64,000 bases of DNA from Bugula neritina (Eukaryota > Animalia > Bryozoa): NCBI GenBank assembly GCA_964035545.1, contig OZ037767.1, positions 16,548,581 to 16,612,580 of the forward strand, in the 5' to 3' direction. A model generated the notes under the pieces. The model saw nothing but the letters and a program-made list of their open reading frames with translations, was not told the DNA's origin and searched no databases. Shown in pieces: positions 1-16,000 of this stretch (within the stretch, counting starts at the first letter, position 1; every line of letters begins with the position of its first letter). A program made the translations under genes and the position numbers.

Positions 1-1092
1 CAGCTGGTCCCATAGAGAAACGGGGCTGCCCATTACTTCGACTACTAAAATGAGCTATATACGTGTGATAAATACTCAAGGCTTTAACTTTATAATTTTT
101 GCATTCAAAGCCTTTTTCTGACATATTTTTTAATTTAACCTAATGCACCAATAAACGATGTCAATAGATAAAAAGGCTCCCAGTATAGCTGTGAATGTTT
201 ATATCTTAAGAAACTTGCTGCATACTACATACAGTTTATGGTTAAATAATTTACCAACAGCAAAATATAGGACAATGTATTTACTAAGAGTAAAAATGCC
301 TTGCAATGATCTTGATTTTTTCAGTTTTATTCATAAAATAACATCTTAATAAAAATAGTAACATCTGGCAATGATGAATAAATCAAATTAAAATGTAGGC
401 GGGCAATATACAATAGGAGAGCGTTGTATGTTGCACAACGTCATAGATATTCTACTACAAATAAATAAAATATATTCTATAATATATACTAGAGAAGAAT
501 GTTTAGTAATTTACCCTTTGAGCAGTCATTTAATGAAATTTGAATAAGAAACGTTGATGCCAGAGCGAAAATTTATAAGTTTAGCACTCCTAGAAAAATA
601 ATTTAATATGCACTCCAAAACTGTATAGCCTTGTATTTAATAAAACACATCCTAATAGCATAAGAAATATATAAAATAATAGCTCTGAGGTACAACACAA
701 AATGAGAAAAAGACGGCATGAAACGAGCTCTCTGATTGGTGAGCACAGAAAATGATTAACAATAGTAGTGATAAGATTGCTAAAGCTGGACGGACATAAA
801 CTGCTTAGCTAATTGTTATAATAATCATTAAAAAAAACATTTTATTTAATTACATCACGTGTTAAGAATACATGTTCTTTACAAACTGGAACTTTGTATA
901 TAATGTACTTATAAAACATGACAGCAGCTAGACAAGCAGAGCATGTGCTTGCAAGGTGCTTCAGAATACATGGTAACACTGCTAGCGTACTCCACCAATC
1001 ACCATCTGCCTGACAATCATTAGTCTTATCAGAACGAGTGACACAGGATGAGGGGAAATTTTATTGTCATGGTAACACAACTTTTCCACGTG

Positions 1093-4000
1093 TTAGGCGC
1101 CACTCAACTCCCTCACCATCGCAACAAGCTGAGGGTTCGAGTCCGGGGCACTCGAGCAGTACTCAAACAGGGCCGGACCCATCAGGCCGTACAGGTTCTT
1201 GATGTAGTCGGCGACGGCCTCCCGGAGGACGGCGGTGGAGCCAGTGGCAGAGAGAGAGCGTACCAGGTTCCACGCCAGCGGTAGACCGTGCAGAGTTACT
1301 TGCTTCGGCTTTGCAGAATACACTTTCTTAGCCAAATCTACAACCGAATATTGTATGCATAGGAATATCTGCAGAAAATAAAGTAACACGGTAATGGAGG
1401 GTATCTGCAACAGTAGGCATTTACAGCAGGAAGAAACAGCAGGTAAAGTGATATAGACTGAGAGTAACAGCATGTAAAGTGATATAGACTGAGAGTAAAC
1501 TGGTCTACTTACAGGAAACTCTGTCGATGATATCTGGCTTAGTCTTGGCTGTTGCGTTAACAGTGACTTGAACAAACGGATGAAACAACTGCACGTGGTC
1601 TAAAACACAACATTTACACATTCAACAGTGTCAGCTATACGCTGTCAAGAGTGTCAGCTATACGCTGTCAAGAGTGTCAGCTATACGCTGTCAAGAGTGT
1701 CAGCTATACGCTGTCAAGAGTGTCAGCTATACGCTGTCGACAGCACCAATTATACACTGGTCAACAGCATCAACTGTACGCTGTCGAAAAACTAAAGTGG
1801 GCGGAGTCTCTTACCGAGGTTATTGATGAAAGCATCCAATAGGTTAGAAGCTTTCTTGTACATTTCCGCGTTTTTAGATGCGAGTCCAGCGGCCGTGTTT
1901 TGTACGAGGAGAGTGAGTGATGCGAGGCTGATTTCCTGTTTGACGTCAACCAAGATGGATGCCAGAGTGTCCAACGCGTGCAACGCCACCTTCGAGTTGG
2001 AGTCCTTCACCAGCATGGCATACTTGTCAAATATCTAAACACAAGACAAACATTTCTCCATCATATTAGACAAGGGTACATCCTTTAATTTCTTTCATAA
2101 TGAAATTTTCCAGTTCAATTTATTTGACCCATCAAAGTCACAATACAGTTACTTAAATAAATGATCAAATGATGTAAGCATGTATTGTAAAATGACTAGA
2201 AAGACAACTGCTACAACTATTGCACACCTTGATGGGCTGAGCCGCTAACACCTTGGGCCTGTGATGTACGACCTCCACCAGGTCTGATATACTCTTGTTT
2301 CTCTCGCTCCACTGGGTGGAAGACATTTTCTTTATCAGCTGAGTGGCTTCCTCTGAGGCCTGAGCGCTGACAGCTGACTTCCTGGATACCACGCTGTAAA
2401 ATGTAGAGGTCAGTGTGTAGTGTAGAGGACAGTGTATAGTGTAGAGGATAGTGTATAGTGTAGAGGATGGTGTATAGTGTAGAGGATGGTGTACAGTGTA
2501 GAGAGCAGTGTATAGTGTAGAGTATAGTGTAGAGGATAGTGTATAGTGTAGAGGATAGTGTATAGTGTAGTGTATAGTGTAGAGAGCAATGTATAGTGTA
2601 GAGGACAGTGTATAGTGTAGAGGATAGTGTATAGTGTAGAGGATGGTGTATAGTGTAGAGGATGGTGTATAGTGTAGAGGATAGTGTATAGTGTAGAGGG
2701 TAGTGTAACACATAGAGGATAGTGTAACACGTAGAGGATGGTGTATAGTGTAGAGGATAGTGTACAGTGTAGAGGGTAGTGTATGGTGTAGACTGTAGAG
2801 GGTAGTGTATAGTGTAGACTGTAGAGGGTAGTGTATAGTGTAGAGGATAGTGTATAGTGTAGAGAGCAGTGTATAGTGTAGAGGATGGTGTATAGTGTAG
2901 AGGATAGTGTATAGTATAGTGTATAGTGTAGAGGATAGTGTATAGTGTAGTGTATAGTGTAGAGGATAGTGTATAGTGTAGAGGATAGTGTATAGTGTAT
3001 AGTGTAGAGGATAGTGTATAGTGTAGAGGATAGTGTATAGTGTAGAGGATAGTGTATAGTGTAGAGAGCAGTGTATAGTGTAGAGGATAGTGTATAGTGT
3101 AGAGGATAGTGTATAGTGTAGAGAGCAGTGTATAGTGTAGAGGATGGTGTATAGTGTAGAGGATAGTGTATAGTATAGTGTATAGTGTAGAGGATAGTGT
3201 ATAGTGTAGTGTATAGTGTAGAGGATAGTGTATAGTGTAGAGGATAGTGTATAGTGTAGAGGATAGTGTATAGTGTAGAGAGCAGTGTATAGTGTAGAGG
3301 ATAGTGTATAGTGTAGAGGATAGTGTATAGTGTAGAGGATAGTGTATAGTGTAGAGGATAGTGTATAGTGTAGAGGATAGTGTATAGTGTAGAGGGTAGT
3401 GTATAGTGTAGAGGATAGTGTATAGTGTAAAGGATAGTGTATAGTGTAGAGGGTAGTGTATAGTGTAGAGGATAGTGTATAGTGTAAAGGATGGTGTATA
3501 GTGTAGAGGATAGTGTATAGTGTAGAGAGCAGTGTATAGTGTAGAGGATAGTGTATAGTGTAGAGGATAGTGTATAGTGTAGAGAGCAGTGTATAGTGTA
3601 GAGGATGGTGTATAGTGTAGAGGATAGTGTATAGTATAGTGTATAGTGTAGAGGATAGTGTATAGTGTAGTGTATAGTGTAGAGGATAGTGTATAGTGTA
3701 GAGGATAGTGTATAGTGTAGAGGATAGTGTATAGTGTAGAGAGCAGTGTATAGTGTAGAGGATAGTGTATAGTGTAGAGGATAGTGTATAGTGTAGAGGA
3801 TAGTGTATAGTGTAGAGGATAGTGTATAGTGTAGAGGATAGTGTATAGTGTAGAGGGTAGTGTATAGTGTAGAGGATAGTGTATAGTGTAAAGGATAGTG
3901 TATAGTGTAGAGGGTAGTGTATAGTGTAGAGGATAGTGTATAGTGTAAAGGATGGTGTATAGTGTAGAGGATAGTGTATAGTGTAGAGGACAGTGTAGAG

Positions 4001-7000
4001 AATAGTGTATAGTGTAGAGGACAGTGTATAGTGTAGAGGATAGTGTATAGTGTAGAGGATAGTGTATAGTGTAGAGGATAGTGTATAGTGTAGAGGATAG
4101 TGTATAGTGTAGAGGGTAGTGTATAGTGTAGAGGATAGTGTATAGTGTAAAGGATGGTGTATAGTGTAGAGGATAGTGTATAGTGTAGAGGACAGTGTAG
4201 AGAATAGTGTATAGTGTAGAGGACAGTGTATAGTGTAGAGGATAGTGTATAGTGTAGAGGATAGTGTATAGTGTAGAGGGTAGTGTATAGTGTAGAGGGT
4301 AGTGTATAGTGTAGAGGATAGTGTATAGTGTAGAGGATAGTGTATAGTGTAGAGGACAGTGTATAGTGTAGAGGATAGTGTAGAGGATAGTGTATAGTGT
4401 AGAGAGCAGTGTATAGTGTAGAGGATAGTGTATAGTGTAGAGAGCAGTGTATAGTGTAGAGGACAGTGTATAGTGCAGAGAGCAGTGTAGAGGATAGTGT
4501 ATAGTGTAGAGGACAGTGTATAGTGTAGAGGATAGTGTATAGTGTAGAGGATGGTGTATAGTGTAGAGGATGGTGTATAGTGTAGAGGGTAGTGTATAGT
4601 GTAGAGGATGGTGTATAGTGTAGAGGATGGTGTATAGTGTAGAGGGTAGTGTATAGTGTAGAGGATGGTGTATAGTGTAGAGGGTAGTGTATAGTGTAGA
4701 GGATAGTGTATAGTGTAGAGGACAGTGTATAGTGTAGAGGATAGTGTATAGTGTAGAGGATAGTGTATAGTGTAGAGAGCAGTGTATAGTGTAGAGGACA
4801 GTGTATAGTGCAGAGAGCAGTGTAGAGGATAGTGTATAGTGTAGAGGACAGTGTATAGTGTAGAGGATAGTGTATAGTGTAGAGGATGGTGTATAGTGTA
4901 GAGGATGGTGTATAGTGTAGAGGGTAGTGTATAGTGTAGAGGATGGTGTATAGTGTAGAGGATGGTGTATAGTGTAGAGGGTAGTGTATAGTGTAGAGGA
5001 TGGTGTACAGTGTAGAGGATAGTGTATAGTGTAGAGGATAGTGTATAGTGTAGAGGATAGTGTATAGTGTAGAGGATAGTGTGTAGTGTAGAGATTGCTG
5101 TGCCGAGACACCCTCACCTGCTGGCACCAGACACGTTAGACTCAGCGCTGTTAGTCCGAGAACCCCGAGTCATAGTCCCAGTTCTACGAGCGCCAGTAGC
5201 GCTGGGGGTGTCGTTGGGCATTCCACCCAGCCCCTTCAACCTGAGATTCTCAACTATCTGCTTGACCTCTCTGAAGTCAGTGGAGGTCGTGTACTTGGCT
5301 AGCATCGACTCAAACTCCGGGTGTTCGCTGATGGACAGCAGAATCTTCCGTGCATACCATCTGTAAAGTGACAACATATATCATACGTATTATAACATAT
5401 ATCATACGTATTACAACACATATCATACATATTACATCATACGTATTACATCATATGTCATACATATTATAACAATGACTAGAGCAGGTAAGTGTATAAA
5501 GGAGACATGCAGGTAAACCCCGCCCCTACCTGGCCTGTTGCGAAGGATCCCGACACATTACTGCCAGAGCCGGGATAATCTTATCCGTCAAGTCCTTCAC
5601 ACCACTCAGTAGCTTGCCCGGGCCAAGTTTATCACACAACGCAGACATGTGCTGTGCTGTGACCTTGCGTACCTGGACGATCTTGTGTCTGTAAGTACGT
5701 ATGTACTCAGTGAACGTATTGAAGTACTGAAGTGGTATACTATATATACTGTGTAAGTACTGAAGTGGTATAGTGTATATACACAGTGTAAGTACTGAAG
5801 TGGTATACTGTATATACACAGTGTAAGTACTGAAGTGGTATACTGTATATACACTGTGTAAGTACTGAAGTGGTATACTGTATATACACAGTGTAAGTAC
5901 TGAAGTGGTATACTGTATATACACAGTGTAAGTACTGAAGTGGTATACTGTATATACACAGTGTAAGTACTGAAGTGGTATACTGTATAAACACTCACTG
6001 AGAGCCTCCAGCAATGAAGGCAGCGAGACAGCGCTGAGGCGTCGAGTCACTGATCATAGCACTGAGAGTTTTCTCCAACTCGGCGCGGATAAACTCGTTG
6101 GACTCGCCATTCTTCTGCAGCAGAACTTTGGCGCACGTCTCCAGCTCCTACAAACAGGAAGTGGTAACAGACACAAAGGACACCAGAGGAATAAATGCAG
6201 GAAACTCCTAAAGGAAATAGGCGAGACACTCACGGGGTCCATTGATCTCTTCAGAGTGGAGAACATGTCCGCCAGGGTGATGATGGCGTATCGGGCCACC
6301 TGGCTTCGCAGATTCTGCACCTCTGATATCAGGGCCAACGTAACGCTGTGGACAGAGGCCATTAGCACGTCTGTATGGTGGTGAGCCAGACGCCTGATCT
6401 TAGTCATGGCTTCTATCTTGTTCGACCTTTTAGCAGCAAAGAAAAATGACAATACTACATTTATAGCAAAATTACAAATAATAAACCAGAATAAATAAAA
6501 AATTGAAATGAACTAAAATTCAGAATGTACTAGAAGAATAGCCAGCTACGAAACAGGATATGAGGTGGAGATGTGACTGACCAATCACTGTCAGCTATGA
6601 GTCGCATGGCATCCTTGAAGACTAAGGAGGGTTTGGTGAAAGGTCTAAGCTCCTCTTCTATAGGAGCATACTGCGAGTGAGCTGATAGGACAGGAGATCT
6701 CGTCCGCGACCTGGCCGGGTCTGTAGCAGACGTCGATGACGACTTGCCTGGTGCGTTCCCAGCTGTAAGACACCACCAAGTTAGACACACGAAATCAACT
6801 TACGGAAGAGTTGAAAAAGAAACCATCTATGAACTCCGTAAGACTGACCTATTATAAGTTCTGGGTCAAAGTCAGCATTTGTCTCCTCGTGTTTCCGTCG
6901 CTCTGCCAACTCCCTTCTACGCTCCGCAGCTGCTTCCTGTTGTTCTCTTCTCTTTCGCTTCTGTTCTTGTTCCTGTAATGTACTCTACTTCACTTACTAC

Positions 7001-10000
7001 TGTATTTCCTGTACTACTCTACTGATAGTGACTCACGCATTCTACTGACAGTGACTCATCTTCTAACAGTAACTCATGTACTCTACTCATAGTCACTCAA
7101 GTACTGATAGTGACTCCACTACGGGTATTACCAACCTGCTCTACTCTACGCTGTTCCTCGGCAGCCTGCAGCGCCTCCTCCTTCTCTTTCAGCAGACGTC
7201 TAGCGGCAGCAGCTTCTTCCTGTTTCTCTTTCTTCTTCAACTGAGCTCTCTCCTTAAGACCTTTCGACATCTGCAGGCTATCAACTTCCTGTACGAGATG
7301 ACGCGATGTTTACCAACACGATTCATGTAACAAACTAGGTACTACATCACACATACTAACTACACTACATACTAACTACACTACATACTAACTACACTAC
7401 ACACTAACTACACTACATACTAACTACACTATATACTAACTACACTACACACTAACTACACTACATACTAACTACACTACATACTAACTACACTACGTAC
7501 TAACTACATTACGTACTAACTACACTACATACTAACTACACTACATACTAACTACACTACACACTAACTACACTACATACTAACTACACTACATACTAAC
7601 TACACTACACACTAACTACACTACATACTAACTACACTATATACTAACTACACTACATACTAACTACACTATATACTAACTACACTATATACCAACTACA
7701 CTACACACTAACTACACTACATACTAACTACACTACATACTAACTACACTACATACTAACTACACTACATACTAACTACACTACATACTAACTACACTAC
7801 ATACTAACTACACTACATACTAACTACACTACATACTAACTACACTACACACCAACTACACTACATACTAACTACACTACATACTAACTACACTACACAC
7901 TAACTACACTACATACTAACTACACTACATACTAACTACACTACATACTAACTACACTACATACTAACTACACTACACACTAACTACACTACATACTAAC
8001 TACATTACATACTAACTACACTACACACTAACTACACTACATACCTCATCCGACTCCTTTGAGAATTCACTAATCTGCTCCTTGAGCGTTCCGTAACCAG
8101 ACGACATTGATTTGCTGAGAGAGTTGGACCTGTCGGTTCTCCTGTTGATGGAGTTAGACCTTTCTCTCTCTTTCACCGAGTCTCCGTCAAACACACCTAA
8201 AGAGTGGTGCAGGACATAGTAACAACACTATGACACGTAATGTCAGGTGTTGAAGGGAGAAGGAACCGAGCAAATATCTTGTATCAATTTCAACGATTTC
8301 TAAAGCTGTAGATAAGATCAGGGCTACCTCAACTATAGGTAGAGTTACTAAATGCTCTTTTGTCATAAAACACGAGGTAGCAGCAGTGATGGAAACAATA
8401 ATGTATAACCAATAATGCAAACACACCCTAAGACTAGAGCAGCTTTTTAAAAAGCAAGTAAGAGTCATAATGGCTACGGCCCTGGCACCATGGGGTGAGT
8501 CACCATATGATGAGGGGGTGAGTCACCATATGATGAGGGGATGAGTCACCACATGAGGGGATGAGTCACCTACCTTTACCAATCACTGTGACCAGCTCTG
8601 AGTCATCATCTAAAGGAATCATGCCAGGAGCGGAGCTAGCGGACACACCGAGGGGGGACAGGGAGTTGCCAGTGTCTTAGAACACATACAGAACAGCAAA
8701 CATGTGAAGCAAGAAACGCATACGGCGGTATTCACAGCATTCAAGTGACACTACACTGTACACAAGTGTTTACACATAGCATACATGTGTCTACACATAG
8801 CATAAACCAGGTATGGCAAGTGTACAAATGTGAGGCAGTGACACAACGTAAAGGTTGTACATTGTGATACAAACACAACACAGAATAAACAATATTGACT
8901 GTAAACAAGACTTGCCAACTCAACTCAATACAGGGGCAGACGACTCACTTGCTTTCTGTGGGCGTGTCCGTTTGACAGAAGGCTGTTTGGGCGGAGTATC
9001 AGCGTGATCGTCACTGTACCCCCGACCAAACACCGCCACGGGATCCTCCTGGTCTGCTGCCACGTTGGAGGTGCTGCCAACTGAGCTCCTGCTAGACGAC
9101 TGCTTAATTTTACTCACCAGACTGTCCGACTTCACCAGCCCTTCAAATCAAATCAAGAGACATAGTGAGTCACATGAGAGCCATATGAGGCAGTGAGTCA
9201 CATGACACAGTGAGAGTCACATGACATAGTGAGTCACATGACATAGTGAGCCACATGAGAGCCACATGAAGCAGTGAGTCACATGAGAGCCACATGATAT
9301 AGTGAGTCACATGACACAGTGAGAGTCACATGATATAGTGAGAGTCACATGACACAGTGAGTCACATGACAGTGTGAGTCACATGACACAGTGAGAGTCA
9401 CATGATTTAGTGAGAGTCACATGACACAGTGAGAGTCACATGACACAGTGAGAGTCACATGACAGTGTGAGTCACATGACACAGTGAGAGTCACATGATA
9501 TAGTGAGAGTCACATGACACAGTGAGAGTCACATGACACAGTGAGAGTCACATGATATAGTGAGAGTCACATGACACAGTGAGTCAAAGGACACAGTGAG
9601 AGTCACATGACACAGTGAGAGTCACATGACACTGAGTGTGAGAAGATGAACTTGGGGAAAATGGTGGATAAAGAAACTGTGAAGAGGTGTGCATACTTAA
9701 TATTAGCTAGCAGTGTTGATGTACTACAGCAATAACAAGGCTAGTAGAGTATATAGCCCTTGAGAGATATATGTATAATATAATATATTCTATCTATAGT
9801 CGTATCTCAACTCACTCAAATCACTGTCCTTCATGCCAGAAAGAGGCTGAACAGCCGGAATTTTCTCAGCACCAGGTCGTCCGACGTCTGAGTTCGTCTT
9901 GGGTTTGGACTTGGCCTGCGAGTTGTGTCTGGCCAACATGGGCTTAGCTTCAAATGGATTCCCTCCCTTAGATGGAGAATGTCTGGAAATTATAGAAACT

Positions 10001-13000
10001 TTAAACCAACTTTCCAAGAATTGGCAGTACATAAATATTGAAGGATTCGCCTGACTGGCTAATGGAGAACCCGAAGAAACATGTCACATCTTACCTTACT
10101 ATGGAAGTACTTACCTTGTTATAGAAGATGCCGGAAGAACTTACCCTGCTATGGAAGTACTTACCTTACTATGGAAGTACTTACCTTGTTATAGAAGATG
10201 CCGGAAGAACTTACCCTGCTATGGAAGTACTTACCTTACTATGGAAGTACTTACCTTGCTATGGAAGTACTTACCTTGCTATGGAAGTACTTACCCTGAT
10301 ATGGAAGATGTCAGAAGAACTTACCCTGCTATGGAAGTACTTACCCTGCTATGGAAGTACTTACTTTGCTATGGAAGATACTAGAAGAACTTACCCTGAT
10401 ATGGAAGATGCTGGAAGTACTTACCCTGATATGGAAGATGCTGGAAGTACTTACCCTGATATGGAAGATGTCAGAAGAACTTACCCTGATATGGAAGATG
10501 CCGGAAGTACTTACCCTGATATGGAAGATGCTGGACTCATCGCAGATGAACTCTCTTGTTTCTCCAACTTCTCAAACAGTTTGTTGAGTTTCTTCTTGGA
10601 GGCGGAGTTTCGAATCTTATTTAGGCTGGCATTGAGCTGTGGAACGTAGAAATACAGATGTCACATGAGTTGAGCATGTCACAAGAGTTGAGTATGTCAC
10701 ATGAGCATGTCACATAATTTGAGTATGTCATACGAGTGAGGTGATATTCAAAAGCAGAAGAAATATAAATTATAATGAATATTAAATAGTAAGAACAGGT
10801 GCAATCAAAACGATTACAGAAACTAACTACACTGTACTAAAAATTACTAGAAACTCATAGCAATTGACAGATGGAAAATGTCGCCATATTGGAAATATTC
10901 AGTTAGGAATCAGTTGGAAACATTGTTTTTGTAGCCTGAGTATCAAACCTGAACACGACAGGCTATGGTAAGACGAATCAAGAGAAGGAATGGGTTGAAG
11001 AGGAACTCAGATATGCAGAAGGATGAAGGTTGAGCAGCAGAAGAAATGGAAGAGATGTGAGAAGAACTAATAACGGAGTAAACTTTACCTCCTTATTGCT
11101 TATTAGCTACAGAATATTACAGTCTGAGTCATATTCATTTTCTATGTTTTATTCTACTTTAGAAAGCATATCTGTCCAATAGAAACTATTGGCTGACTGA
11201 AATAATGAGGTTCACAAATATCAGAAAAAAAGAAGACAAATCCTAAGAGATATTTTCACCACTGATGGACTGCATAGCTGTTTGATGAATGGAAAGGTAA
11301 AATATATATCTGGTACCTGGTTATTGAACAAATATAATAGAATGCTTAGAATAGATAGCAAAGCCATGCAGCTGTTTTATGGCAATATTATGTAACAAGG
11401 ACTGAGTACAGTTAGTGTTGCTATAATACATTACTCTGCTATTGTCTCTAGTCACACAACACAATAACACCATAACAATACCTCAATAGAAGCTATAAAT
11501 GCTGCCTTATAATACCTGCCTGCATTGATTTCCCCTGAAACAATGCCTGGTATGGCCTATTAGTGTTGTATCAACAGAATATCACTGGAGTTAGCGGTTT
11601 TAGTCTAGCACTGTTTTGATTGAGCATTGAGCAATTACACAGAGCAAAGTGTAGGCATGTGCTACCTGCAGTGACCTGCTATGTCAGGCAGCAGCGGCAG
11701 CAGTAGTACCTGCTGTCTGTCTCTTTCAACCCTCACTTATTAGACTCACTACACAACATAAGCATAGTCTCAGATGTGCCCAACCAGCTTACCACTCAGT
11801 CTATAGCTATGCTACCCAACACGCCCACTTGAAACAACCAATCCCGTGACAGCTAACAGCTCGAGTAACAGAGCCAATCAGGCGACAGCTAACAACCAAT
11901 GAACCAATCAACTTCAGTCTCAAGACTCAACAAACCTGAGGAAGCTCTTCGGCCCCGCCTTCTGTGACATCATCTCCAGCAGATGTCGGGCTGTGACTCT
12001 TGGATATGGGAGGTACTTTACTCGGCGGCTTTTTAGACCCAGACTTACGGCCAATAGAATCCGACTTGACGGGAATGCTGGACTGAGAGGCGACTGTAGA
12101 ATAGAGGAACAAATGTGACAGGAGACGCTATGAGAGGTCTTAGCGACACAAACACCCCCTCCCTTTCCCCTACGACAGAGCCAGTTGAAGCCCTGAGGGG
12201 GTGTATTTACACAAACCTACTAGAAATCTATATACTCGAGTGTATGGAATATAATTCAGCAGGTAAAGTGTTGAATAACAGCAGATGTGTCTCAAGTGCT
12301 CCACTTCAACACTTCACTTTGTATAAACCAGTTGTACTGTAGCAGGAGAGAGAGAGATAACGTCACAGCTGTTACTAGTTACTACCCCTTAGTTACTACA
12401 CCCTAATTACTACTATATAGTTACTACCCCTTAGTTACTACACCCTAAGTACTACTATTTAGTTACTACCCCCTAGGCTCTAGTTATTAACCCTAGCTAC
12501 TACTCCCCCAGCTACTACCATCTAGTTACTACTCCTAGTTACTACCCCTTAGTTACTACTCCTAGTTACTACCCCTTACAAGCAGTACTGTCTCTACGCT
12601 GACCCAGGGAATATATATATGTTGAGCCACTCACGCAAACAATATATCACAACTCCAACACAAAATATAACAAACTCAGGGATAGTTTAAGCTTTCTAAA
12701 AACTCTACAAAAAGCAATAGCCTTGAAAACCCACCTTTAGTAGGGGTGGTGCTGCCGTCGTAGCCCCATGTTTGATTGGCCAGAGCAATCACAGACCCTG
12801 TACTGCTGTCAACTAAATAATATCAGAAGGAACCGTGTGTTAAATAATATTCAGTGAAGTGTCCAAGCAGCAAGTGAAGTGAAGAGAATATGAAGTGGTG
12901 AATATAAAGTAGGGAATTGAGTAGGGATACGTGTGAATATTGCCAATGGATATGATATCTCAATATTATGCAATGACAACAAATCTCAAAATGTTAACTA

Positions 13001-16000
13001 GTCAATAAACAAGATAGATAGCAAGTATAGTTGCAGAGGCAGCGAAGTGCGATACGACAGCGTGAATACGACAGCCAGCTTGAGACTGGGCTAACTCATA
13101 AATATTGAATCACGCGACAGATTTCTGACTCAACTCACCAGGGAGGGGGTTGAGTATAGGCTTCCCAGAAATAGACTTGTTTCCCTGGCCAGACAGATCT
13201 GAGGCTAGAGCTTGCTTGGAGGTGTGCTTATGGGGCTTCGAAGAACTTACCTCCGGCTTCAAAGATTTACTGTGTAAAATATAACAGCGGCGTTACTGTG
13301 TAGTAGTCGTAGGGCTGTATCGTGATAATGTGCTATATGAATTATAACTGAGTTATTAAAATCAATATTTCTAAACAGTTGGTTTTTGTGAATAGAAAGA
13401 GATTCTAAAACTTAGCAGTGCAAAAAAACTTGAAGGTGCATAGCATTAGGTAAGGAGATTATCCCCCCTGTCTATTAGACTACACCCTAGCTATTTCTCT
13501 AACTATGTAGTAACAAAACATAATACTACGCTGCAAAGAAAAGAAATATACCTCCTAACACCAAGAGCTGACAAGGTGACCCTAAATGACACATGAGCAA
13601 TGAGTAGACGTATATAGCAACGGTTTAGACAGTTCAGCAGTTTAATCATTATATATCCAAAAAAAATTATAAAAATTATACTGAAGCATTCAATAAAACA
13701 TGAAGTATAAATATGTGACCTTGAAGTCAAGGTGAAACAGATGCAGAAAATAATCACAATGTCAAGGTCACTTGTGGAGCACATCAGCTGCATGAGAGGC
13801 AGCACTTACTTGAAAGGTGGGGGAGGTTTTCCGGCAGACGGAGAGGAAGCTAACGAGCGACTTCCTCCTTCTACTGACAGCAGTTCGGGTTGAGTCGGTG
13901 AGTTACTAGTACTGTAGTTGATACTAGCTGTAAGTATTAATAGTGAGTTACTAGTACTGTAGTTGATACTAGCTGTAAGTATTAATAGTGAGTTACTAGG
14001 ACTGTAGTTGATACTAGCTGTAAGTATTAATAGTGAGTTACTAGTACTGTAGTTGATACTAGCTGTAAGTATTAATAGTGAGTTACTAGTACTGTAGTTG
14101 ATACTAGCTGTAAGTATTAATAGTGAGTTACTAGGACTGTAGTTGATACTAGCTGTAAGTATTAATAGTGAGTTACTAGTACTGTAGTTGATACTAGCTG
14201 TAAGTATTAATAGTGAGTTACTAGTACTGTAGTTGATACTAGCTGTAAGTATTAATAGTGAGTTACTAGTACTGTAGTTGATACTAGCTGTAAGTATTAA
14301 TAGTGAGTTACTGGTACTGTAGTTGATACTAGCTGTAAGTATTAATAGTAAGTTACTAGTACTGTACTAGCTGTAAGTATTAATAGTAAGTTACTAGTAC
14401 TGTAGTTGATACTAGCTGTAAGTATTAATAGTGAGTTACTAGTACTGTAGTTGATACTAGCTGTAAGTATTAATAGTGAGTTACTAGTACTGTAGTTGAT
14501 ACTAGCTGTAAGTATTAATAGTAAGTTACTAGTACCGATACTAGCTGTAAGTATTAATAGTGAGTTACTAGTACTGTAGTTGATACTAGCTGTAAGTATT
14601 AATAGTGAGTTACTAGTACTGCAGAAAATTACCACTGTCAAAACATACTATTCAAGCTCAAGAATTGTGATGTAATGATTTCACCGATTTCAATTCATAT
14701 TGACCAACTGATTCTCACTACATAAACCTTATAGGTAACTTTTTATCAACCACAGACACGCAGACGTAGAGTTCAGACTATTCAATTACCAAGCAGAAGA
14801 TCTTCTCGTTGACGGCTGCCTTTACCAGGTTTTTTCAGAGGAGTATCGGCCGCAGGTTCATCTGCCCACGTCTGCTTTGCCTTCACTGGACTTTCAGAGG
14901 CCTTTGGACTCTATAAACAGGGGGTAGAGAAAGTCAATAGGTGCAGATCTACGAGTCACACAGACAGACCCTAACTCTCAGTGTCACGGTCTGTCAAGTG
15001 GATATTCAACACATAAAGGACAATCAATGTTTACTTTAAGGCAAACAAAGTTATTTAATTATTCAAAGCATGGCAATGGAGAAAGGTGTGATGTGATAGG
15101 ACTGATATGTTGACGGAGTGACTTATATTCAACATATCAATAGCAGAGGTGACTAGTAAAGTAATCAACTTAGGTGAGATGTTGAACTATTAGTGTTTAA
15201 TTACCATAAACCTCTTACACATTGCACACACAGAGAGCTTGCTGCCAACATGCTGTCGGCTGCCCTCACAGGAAATAGATAATTCACGGGGTCATCTTAA
15301 GGTAGCTAAGGTCATTGATTTCTTCTACTTACCGAATACAATATACACTAGAGGTCAATAGCTGTGTACTATGCTAATCATCAATTAAGTTATGTTAACC
15401 TACAGTAAGATTCTCACAGTTGAGGACGAAGAGGTCAATAGATTTCCTATTATTCAATAAGATGCTCCATCAAGTGCAAACAACTCCCTCTAAGTCCAGG
15501 ATATGTCTGTACTTGTCTGATACAGTCTACACTGAACGAGGGAGCTAGAACTGCCTGTGTTACCAGACAGCGCCATGCTTACCTGAGCCTCATCCCACGG
15601 CAGTCTTGACTTGATGCCGGCACTGAGATGGCGGCGGCCATCGATGGAGGCGCTGCTCTGCCGACTGGAACTTTCTAGATCTTCGAGTCTCATGCTCCTT
15701 GCACTCGTCCCTGCAGCCCCGGTGCCGGCCAGTATCCAGTCCACGTCTGCCCCCTGGTGGCCGACTGAGCCGTTCCGGGATGCATTCAGATTAGGGAGTT
15801 GAACTGCGTACTCTGCACATACAGTCATTGTTTAGATTAAATATGAAAATAAATCAGAATATAGAAATAAAAAGAACATAAAAAGAAATCAGAACATAGA
15901 AAGAAATAAGAATATAGAAAAATTGGTTGAACTTGGTAAAAGAGATGGACAGATAAAACTCACCAATCAGATTATCCTCGTTGCGCCTTGGCAGAGCTCG

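Noticed and set aside
2165-5127. 966-aa and 905-aa ORFs (LYTIHYPLHYT repeats)
   Set aside because: These are stop-free readings of an 18-bp intronic satellite; real exons splice around it (5118 donor, 2393 acceptor)
10128-10649. + strand repetitive ORFs (MEVLTLLWK / TYPDMEDAG)
   Set aside because: Antisense readings of the donor-site repeat in the TOGARAM1 intron
13898-14620. Regular 30-45-bp repeats (also 5715-5990, 38200-38497) as possible CRISPR arrays
   Set aside because: Head-to-tail repeats without unique spacers, no cas genes, and a spliceosomal eukaryotic context
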